A stretch of 64,000 nucleotides of DNA from Balanoglossus misakiensis (lineage: Eukaryota > Animalia > Hemichordata): NCBI GenBank assembly GCA_040954595.2, contig CM082592.2:62001-126000 (forward strand). Direction: 5' to 3'. The notes under the pieces are model-generated. The model saw nothing but the letters and a program-made list of their open reading frames with translations. It was not told the DNA's origin and did no database searches. Of this stretch, positions 54,499 to 64,000 are shown in pieces. Made by a program: the position numbers and the translations under genes. The first letter of the stretch is position 1. Each line of letters starts with the position of its first letter.

Positions 54499-57400
54499 AG
54501 GGCCCAAGCGCATACCAGCGCTTGGGCCCTATTGGTTTCGTTGGGGTTTTTAGGGCCCAAGCGCAAGCAAGCGCTTGGGCCCTATTGGTTTCGTTGGGGT
54601 TTTTCTTTCTTTCTTTCTTTCTTTCTTTATTCTCCTGTCCATTTTTTATCGCTCTAGATCTCAGACACCGCTGCAGGTACAGTTCTCAAACTTGCTACAG
54701 TGGTCTAGGTCAATGAGTAGTCGTGCATTGAACCCATGAATTTTTAATTAGTCACGTGACATGGCGGCCATATTGGATTTTCTGAAAAAATGCAAATCTC
54801 AGATCTCAGAAACTACAAGTCAGATTTACTTCAGATTTGGCGTGCTGGTAGTGTACCTTCTGCCCATCATTTTTGTAATTGGATATTTTGCTGTCAATGT
54901 TGCAGTTTTTTTGCTACAGTTGTTTTTCTGAAATCTGGTCAAAATTTCAAAAATCTTCTTCTCCAGAACCGGCGATAACCGAGTCACGCGGTTTGGGGTA
55001 TGGGGTCTCCTAACTGAGGTCTATGAAGTTTGCGAAGATCATTGTGATTGGTCGAAGATTATGGCGGCCATATTGGATTTTCGAAAAACCATAGTAAAAC
55101 TCCCAAAATCTTCTTCTCCAGAACGGGCGATAACTGAGTCGCAAGATTCGAGGAGTATGGTCACAACACTGATGTCTATCAAGTTTGCAAAGAGCATTGT
55201 GATTGGTCGAAGATTATGGCGGCCATATTGGATTTTGTAAAAAGCAGTGAAAAATTGAAATTCCTTTTCCTAGTCTAAGAATTGATAGCATACAAATTCT
55301 TTTCATGGATATCAATCGTGATATGACTAAAATATGTTACAAATTTTTGGCGATTTTTCACATGACCTTTGACCTACTTTTCACACATTATTTCTGCATA
55401 TCTATTTCCAGGCTAACCTATAGGGCTAGATGTTTGGTTTTTGATGCATGTGGATTAGTGTGTGATCAAAATATTTTTGCTACTTTTCATGACCCCTTTG
55501 ACCTCTGTTGACCTCATTAATTATGTGCATAGCTAATTACAGGCGAACCAATAGAGCTAGAGGTTTGGTTTTTGTTGGACATGGACCAGTATGGGATTAA
55601 AATTTTTTGCCCAAATGTTGGGTGACCTCTGGTGACCTTTGACCTACTTTCGCATATCTCAACATCCAGAGCAGATACAGCCTTGGGATTTGGCAGGATG
55701 GGACCTAAATGTAAAGCCAAATTTTTGGGTCACCTGTGACACCTGCTGACCTCATTAAATATGCACATACCTAATTACACGCGAACCAATAGAGCTAGAG
55801 TTTTGGTTTTTGTTGGACATGGCCCAGCATGGGTCAAAATTTTTTGCCCAAATGTTGGGTGACCTCAGGTGACCTTTGACCTACTTCACCCTATTTCAGC
55901 AGCAAAAATACACACATCCTTGTTATGTCATGAGATAATACATCCGATAGAAAATTCTGTTTCTTCTCATTCATACTGTGCATATATAATTCAAGATCAG
56001 CGCTTGGGCCCGACAATGCTGCTCGCAGCTTTAATCTTTCTTTCTTTTTTCTTGTGTCAATTTCTTCGGCCAACGAGATCTCTGAAACTACTGCAGGTAC
56101 ACTTCTCAAACTTGATACAGTGGTCAAGGTCAATGAGTAGATGTGCAGTGACTTGTTAATAATTAATTAGTCACGTGACCTGGCGGCCATATTGGATTTT
56201 CTGAAAATATTCAAATCTCAGATCTCAGAAACTACAAGTCAGATCGACTTCAAATTTGGCATGCAGGTAGACTACCTTCTACCCATCATTTTTGTAATTG
56301 GAAATTTTGCTGTCAATGTTGCAGTTTTTTTGCTACAATTTTTTTTCTGAAATCTGGCTTAAATTTCAAAAATCTTCTTCTCCAGAACCAGTGATAACCG
56401 AGACACGGGGTTTGGGGTATGTGGTCACCTAACTGATGTCTATCAAGTTTGCGAAGATCATTGTGATTGGTCGAAGATTATGGCGGCCATATTGGATTTT
56501 AGAAAAACCATTGTTAAACTCCAAAAATCTTCCTCTCCAGAACGGGCGATGACTGAGTCGCAAGATTCGGGGAGTATGGTCACTACACTGATGTCTATCA
56601 AGTTTGCAAAGAGCAATGTGATTGGTCGAAGATTATGGCGGCCATATTGGATTTTGTGAAAAGCAGTGAAAAATTGAAATTCCTTTTTCTAGTCTAAAAA
56701 TTGATAGCATACAAATTCTTTTTATGGATATCAATCGTCATGTGACTAAAATATGTTACAATTTTTTGGCGATTTTTCACATGACCTTTGACCTACTTAT
56801 CACGCGTTATTATTTCTGCATATCTAATTCCAGGCTAACCTATAGGGCTAGACGTTTGGTTTTTGATGAATGTGGATTAGTGTGTGATCAAAATATTTTG
56901 CTACTTTTCATGACCCCTTTGACCTCTGCTGACCTCATTAATTATGTGCATAGCTAATTACAGGCGAACCAATAGAGCTAGAGGTTTGGTTTTTGTTGGA
57001 CACAGACCAGTATGGGATCAAAATGTTTTGCCCAAATGTTGCGTGACCTCTGGTGACCTTTGACCTACTTTCGCATATCTCAGCATCCAGAGCAGATACA
57101 GCCATGGCATTTGGTAGGATGGGACCAAAATGTAAAGTCACATTTTTGGGTCACCTGTGACACCTGCTGACCTCATTAAATATGCACATACCTAATTGCA
57201 GGCGAACCAATAGAGCTAGAGTTTTGGTTTTTGTTGGACATGGACCAGTATGGGTCAAAAAAATTGCCCAAATGTTGGGTGACCTCAGGTGACCTTTGAC
57301 CTACTTCACCCTATTTAAGCAGCAAAAATACACACGTCCTTGATATGTCATGAGATAATACATCCGATAGAAAATTCTGTTTCTTCTCATTCATACTGTG

Positions 57401-58893
57401 CATATATAATTCAAGATCAGCGCTTGGGCCCGACAATGCTGCTCGCAGCTTTAATTCTTTCTTTCTTTCTTTCTTTCTTTATTCTTCTGTCATTTCTTTG
57501 TCGCTCTAGATCTCAGACACCACTGCAGGTACAGTTCTCAAACTTGCTACAGTGGTCAAGGTCAATGAGTAGTCGTGCATTGAACCCATGAATTTTTAAT
57601 TAGTCACATGACCTGGCGGCCATCTTGGATTTTCTGAAAAAATGCAAATCTCAGATCTCAGAAACTACAAGTCAGATCGACTTCAAATTTGGCGTGCAGG
57701 TAGACTACCTTCTGTCAAACATTTTTGTAATTGGAAATTATGCTGTCAATGTTGCAGTTTTTTTGCTACAATTTTTTTTCTGAAATCTGGCTTGAATTTC
57801 AAAAATCTTCTTCTCCAGAACCGGTGATAACCGAGACATGGGATTTGCGGTATGTGGTCACCTAACTGATGTCTATCAAGTTTGCGAAGATCATTGTGAT
57901 TGGTCGAAGATTATGGCGGCCATATTGGATTTTCGAAAAACCCTAGTAAAATTTCAAAAATCTTCTTCTCAAGAACCGGCGATAACCGAGTCACAAGATT
58001 TTGTGTGTGTGGTCATTCAACAGATGTCTATCAAGTTTGCGAAGAGGAATGTGATTGGTCGAAGATTATGGCGGCCATATTGGATTTTCTTAAAAACGAT
58101 TAAAAAGTAAAAATTCCCTTTCTAGCCTAAAAATTGATAGCACAGAAATTCTTTTTATGGATATGAATCATCATATAACAAGAATAAGCTATAAATATTT
58201 TGGTAATTTTGGCAATGACCTTTGACCTACTTTTGACGCATCAATTTTCTGCATATCTAATTCCAGGCTAACCAATAGGGCTATAAGTTTGGTTTTTGAT
58301 GTATGTGGATTTGTATGTGATCAAAAAATTTTGGTACTTTTCATGACCCCTTTGACCTCTGCTGACCTCATTAAATATGCGCATACCTAATTACAGATGA
58401 ACCAATAGACCTAGAGGTTTGGTCTTTTTTGGACATTGATCAGTATGGGGTCAAAATAATTTGCCCAAATTTTGGGTGACCTCTGGTCACCTTTGACCTA
58501 CTTTCGCATTTCTCGGTATCCAAAGCAGATACAGCCTTGGCGTTTTGAGGTATGGGGCCATAATGAAAAGCCAAATTTTTGGGTCACCAGTGACACCTGC
58601 TGACCTCATTAAATATGCACATACCTAATTACACGCAAACCAATAGAGCTAGAGTTTTGGTTTTTGTTGGACATGGACCACTATGGGGCAAAATTTTCTG
58701 CCCAAATTGTGGGTGACCTCTGGGTGACCTTTGACCTGCTTAACACTATATCAACACCAAACATAGATATAACCTTGATATTTCATGGGATAAAACACAG
58801 CATTATGTTTCTACTCATTAATTATGTGCATATCTAATAATCAGATCAGATAATAGAGCTTGGGCCCGGACAATGCTGCTTGCAGCTTTAATT
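54499..58893 (+). mobile_element. HINE (non-autonomous Helentron) array 1: two 5' heads and three ~1.4-kb bodies
   Basis: Heads AGGGCCCAAGCGC..GCGCTTGGGCCCT; (TTTC)n; internal ~155-bp and ~240-bp repeats. 3' subTIR GCTTGGGCCC plus palindrome GCTGCT(C/T)GCAGC plus tttaat at ~56035, 57456 and 58893. Inserted in the T-run of ttacttttt|aaatctg with no clear TSD. Confidence 0.8.
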
Positions 58894-58986
58894 AAATCTG
58901 TTTTTTAGCCATTTGTTGTATTGTACTTTTGCTTTAAGCGTCATTGATCACATTTTTTGTGGATACTGACGCTATACAAATAAATT

Positions 58987-61900
58987 AGGGTTTCGAGACC
59001 CTCTGGTCTCGAAACCCTCTTGAAATCGTGTTGTTACGGGCCCAAGCCAAGCCAGGCTTGGGCCCGTATTGGTTTCGTTGGGTTTTTTTACGGGCCCAAG
59101 CCAAGCCAGGCTTGGGCCCGTATTGGTTTCGTTGGGGTTTTTTAGGGCCCAAGCGCACGCAAGCGCTTGGGCCCTATTGGTTTCGTTGGAATTTTTAGGG
59201 CCCAAGCGCAAGCAAGCGCTTGGGCCCTATTGGTTTCGTTGGAATTTTTAGGGCCCAAGCGCAAGCCAGCGCTTGGGCCCTATTGGTTTCGTTGGGGTTT
59301 TTAGGGCCCAAGCGCATACCAGCGCTTGGGCCCTATTGGTTTCGTTGGGGTTTTTCTGTCTTTCTTTCTTTATTCTTCTGTCATTTCTTTGTCGCTCTAG
59401 ATCTCAGACACTGCTGCAGGTACACTTCTCAAACTTGCTACAATGGTCAAGGTCAATGGGTAGTCGTGCATTGAACTCTTGAATTTTTAATTAGTCACGT
59501 GACATGGCGGCCATATTGGATTTTCTGAAAAAATGCAAATCTCAGATCTCAGAAACTACAAGTCAGATCGACTTCAAATTTGGTGTGCAGGTAGTCTACC
59601 TTCTGCCCATCATTTTTGTAATTGGATATTTTGCTGTCAATGTTGCAGTTTTTTTGCTACAGTTGTTTTTCTGAAATCTGGTCAAAATTTCAAAAATCTT
59701 CTTCTCCAGAACCGGCGATAACCGAGTCACGCGGTTTGGGGTATGTGGTCACCAAGCTGAGGTCTATCAAGTTTGCGAAGATCATTGTGATTGGTCAAAG
59801 ATTATGGCGGCCATATTGGATTTAAAAAAAAACCTAGTAAAATTTCAAAAATCTTCTTCTCAAGAACCGGCGATAACTGAGTCACAAGATTTGATGTGTG
59901 TGGTCATTAAACAGATGTCTATCAAGTTTGCGAAGAGGAATGTGATTGGTCAAAGATTATGGCGGCCATATTGGATTTTGTGAAAAACGATTAAAAAGTA
60001 AAAATTCCCTTTCTAGCCTAAAAATTGATAGCACAGAAATTCTTTTTACGGATATGAAACATCATATGACAAGAATAAGCTATAAATATTTTGGTAATTT
60101 TGGCAATGACCTTTGACCTACTTTTGACGCATCATTTTTCTGCATATCTAATTCCAGGCTAACCAATAGGGCTATAAGTTTGGTTTTTGATGTATGTGGA
60201 TTTGTATGTGATCAAAAAATTTTGCTACTTTTCATGACCCCTTTGACCTCTGGTGACCTCATTAAATATGCGCATACCTAATTAATGATGAACCAATAGA
60301 CCTAGAGGTTTTGTTTTTGTTATACATGGACCAGTATGGGGTCAAAATATTTTGCCCAAATGTTGGGTGACCTCGGGTGACCTTTGACCTACTTTTGCAT
60401 ATCTCGACATCCACAGCAGATACAGCCTTGGTGTTTGGAGGCATAGGGCCATAATTAAAAGCCAACGTTTTGAGTCACCTGTGACACCTGCTTAACTCAT
60501 TATTTATGTGCATACCTAATTCCGGGCTAACCAAAAGGACTAGAGGTCTGGCTTTTGTTGGACATGGACCACTATGGGTCAAAATGTTCTGCCAAAATTG
60601 TGGGTGACCCCTGGGTGACCTTTGACCTACTTAACACTATATCAGCACCAAACAGATATAACCTTGATATTTCATGGGATAAAACACAGCATTATGTTTC
60701 TACTCATTAATTATGTGCATATCTAATAATCAGATCAGATAATAGAGCTTGGGCCCGGACAATGCTGCTTGCAGCTTTAATTCTTTCTTTCTTCTTTCTT
60801 TATTCTTGTGTCAATTCTTTGTCGCTCTAGATCTCAGACACCACTGCAGGTACACTTCTGAAACTTGCTACAGTGGTCAAGGTCAATGAGTAGTCGTGCA
60901 TTGAACCCTTGAATTTCTAATTAGTCACATGACCTGGCAGCCATCTTGGATTTCCTGAAAATATGCAAATCTCAGATCTCAGAAACTACAAGTCAGATCG
61001 ACTTCAAATTTGGCGTGCAGGTAGACTACCTTCTGCTTATCATTTTTGTAATTGGAAATTATGCTGAAAAAGTTGCAGTTTTTTTGCTACAATTTTTTTT
61101 CTGAAATCTGGCTTAAATTTCAAAAATCTTCTTCTCCAGAACCGGTGATAACCGAGACACTGGGTTTGGGGTATGTGGTCACCAAACTGAGGTCTATCAA
61201 GTTTGCGAAGATCATTGTGATTGGTCGAAGATTATGGCGGCCATATTGGATTTTCGAAAAACCCTAGTAAAATTTCAAAAATCTTCTTCTCAAGAACCAG
61301 CGATAACCGAGTCACAAGATTTGGGGAGTATGGTCACTACACTGATGTCTATCAAGTTTGCGAAGATCATTGTGATTGGTCGAAGATTTTGGCGGCCATA
61401 TTGGATTTTGTGAACAACGATTAAAAAGTAAAAATTCCGTTTCTAGCCTAAAAATTGATAGCACAGAAATTCTTTTTATGGATATGAATCATCATATGAC
61501 AAGAATAAGCTATAAATATTTTGGTAATTTTGGCAATGACCTTTGACCTACTTTTGACGCATCATTTTTCTGCATATCTAATTCCAGGCTAACCAATAGG
61601 GCTATAAGTTTGGTTTTTGATGTATTTGGTTTTGTATGTGATCAAAAATTTTTGCTACTTTTCATGACCCCTTTGACCTCTGCTGACCTCATTAAATATG
61701 TGCATACCTAATTACAGATGAACCAAATGACCTAGAGGTTTTTTTTTTTTTTGGACATGGATCAGTATGGGGTCAAAATATTTTGCCCAAATGTTGGATG
61801 ACCTCGGGTGACCTTTGACCTACTTTTGCATATCTCGACATCCACAGCAGATACAGCCTTGGCGTTTGGAGGTATGGGGCCATAATGAAAAGCCAAAGTT

Positions 61901-64000
61901 TTGGGTCACCTGTGACACCTGCTTAACTCATTAAGTATGCGCATACCTAATTACAGACGAACTAATAGATCTAGAGTTTTTGTTTTTTTTGGACATGGAC
62001 CAGTATGTGGTCAAAGAATTTTGGGTGACCTCAGTGACCTTTTACCTACTTTCTCATATCTTGACATCCACTGCAGGTACAGGCTTAGCATTTGGAGGGA
62101 TGGAACACCTCACCGAATCCCACAATTTACCCCATTAATTATTCGCATATATAATTCCAAGCGAACCAATAGGGCTAGAGGTGTGTTTTTGTTGAATTCA
62201 AAAGTTTTTGCCCAAATTTTGGATGAACTGAGGTGACTTTTAACCTACTTTACCATATCTCGGCACCAACAGTAGCTACAGCCTTGTCCTTTCGAGGGAT
62301 GGGATCAAAATTAAAAGGCAAATTTTGGGGTCACCTGTGACACCTGCTTGACTCATTAATTACGTGCATACCTGATTCCAGGCCTACCAAATGGAATAGA
62401 GGTCTGGTTTTTGTTGAACATGGACCAATATGGGGTCACAATCTTTTGCCAAAATTTAGGGTGACCTGACCTTTACAGGAGTTACATCCTTTGTTTTTTG
62501 AGGGATGGGACAAAAATGAAAAGCTAAATTTTGGGTTAATCTGTGACACCTTCTTAACCTCATTAATTATGCACATACCTAATTCCAGGCTAACCAACAC
62601 AGCTAGCAGTTCCGTTTCAGTTGGGCATGGACCAGTATGGCATCAAAATATTTTGGAGCAATTTTTTTGTGAACTTTGACCTAATTTTACAAATCTCGGC
62701 ATCCAGGGCAGATACCGCTTTACTCATGTTGTCGGACACCTTACCACATTAAATTTTACGCTGACCAATAGTGGCAGAAGGGAAGCTGGGACCAGTATGG
62801 GACCAAATTTTTGACAAATTTTTGGGTAACCTTGGGATGACCTTTGACCTACTTTTGCATATCTCAGCATCCAAAGCAGGTACAACCTTGGCGTTTGGAG
62901 GTATGGGGCCATAATGAAAAGCCAAAGTTGTGGGGTCACCTGTGACACCTGCTTTACGCATTATTTATGTGAATACCTAATTCCGGGTTAACCAAAAGGG
63001 CTAGAGGTCTGGTTTTTGTTGGACATTGACCACTATGGGTCAAAATATTCTGCCCAAATTGTGGGTGACCCCTAGGTGACCTTTGACCTACTTAACACTA
63101 TATCAGCACCAAACATAGATATAACCTTGATATTTCATGGGATAAAACACTGCATTATGTTTCTACTCATTAATTATGTGCATATCTAATAATCAGATCA
63201 GATAATAGAGCTTGGGCCCGGACAATGCTGCTTGCAGCTTTAATTCTTTCTTTCTTTCTTTCTTTATTCTCCTGTCAATTCTTCGGCCAACGAGATCTCT
63301 GAAACTACTGCAGGTACACTGCTCAAACTTGCTACAGTGGTCAAGGTCAATGAGTAGATGTGCAGTGACTTGTGAATACTTAATTAGTCACGTGACCTGG
63401 CGGCCATATTGGATTTTCTGAAAAAATGCAAATCTCAGATCTCAGAAATTACAAGTCAGATCAACTTCAAATTTGGCATGCAGGTAGACTACCTTCTGCC
63501 CATCATTTTTGTAATCGGAAATTATGCTGTAAAAGTTGCAGTTTTTTTGCTACAATTTTTTTCCTGAAATCTGGCTTAAATTTCAAAAATCTTCTTCTCC
63601 ACAACCAGTGATAACCGAGTCACGGTGTTTGGGGTATGTGGTCACCTAACTGATGTCTATCAAGTTTGCGAAGATCATTGTGATTGGTCGAAGATTATGG
63701 CGGCCATATTGGATTTTCGAAAAACCATAGTTAAACTCCAAAAATCTTCTTCTCCAGAACGGGCGATGACTGAGTCGCAAGATTCAGGGAGTATGGTCAC
63801 TACACTAATGTCTATAATGTTTGCAAAGAGCATTGTGATTGGTCGAAGATTATGGCGGCCATATTGGATTTTGTAAAAAGCAGTGAAAAATTGAAATTCC
63901 TTTTTCTAGTCTAAAAATTGTTAGCACAGAAATTCTTTTTATGGATATGAATCATCATATGACTACAATGTGCTATAAATATTTTGGTAATTTTGGCAAT
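58987..64000 (+). mobile_element. HINE array 2: seven stacked 5' heads and at least three bodies (runs off the window)
   Basis: Heads occupy 58987-59355. Bodies end at ~60782 and ~63245, and a third is truncated by the window edge. Inserted at TT in the LINE (TTA)n tail. Confidence 0.8.

Larger units (their letters stand above)
47671..58986. repeat. Large tandem segmental duplication, copy C (partial, interrupted by HINE arrays)
   Basis: Collinear with A 1-5730. Interrupted at 54499, resumes 58894-58986, then interrupted again. Confidence 0.92.

Noticed and set aside
1-58986. Triplication as a pure assembly artefact
   Set aside because: The three copies have distinct substitutions, deletions and TSD-flanked insertions, more than two haplotypes could supply. 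Not fully excluded without reads.
59037-59355. Hairpin repeats with variable loops read as CRISPR or recombination cassettes
   Set aside because: Variation is limited to a few loop bases, and the units match the 5' subTIR/IR structure of HINE elements.
54522-63876. Many recurring 60-100 aa ORFs
   Set aside because: They recur only because the non-coding HINE bodies repeat; no Rep or helicase motifs.

Overview
AT-rich, intron-containing animal DNA. A marine invertebrate is inferred from the transposon content; the species cannot be determined. Most of the window is three head-to-tail copies of a ~22-26 kb segment, with the same anchor sequence at 1, 21633 and 47671. Each copy carries a minus-strand pseudogenised array of single-exon, phase 1-1 EGF modules with an unusual 8-cysteine pattern. 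Copies A and B also carry a decayed block of Cys-rich CPAG (GCC2/GCC3, Ephrin_rec_like-type) exons. The copies differ by copy-specific deletions and by insertions whose empty sites are visible in sister copies: a near-intact Mag-type Gypsy LTR retrotransposon (27264-32151), a 3.2 kb foldback element with hairpin-repeat arms, Kolobok-type and other MITEs, and a LINE 3' end. A P-like element splits one EGF exon in all three copies. From 54499 to the end, arrays of Helentron-associated (HINE/DINE-1-like) elements show stacked 5' heads followed by head-less bodies. No intact host gene, tRNA, rRNA or CRISPR array was found. Exon and element boundaries were read by hand and may be off by a few bases.
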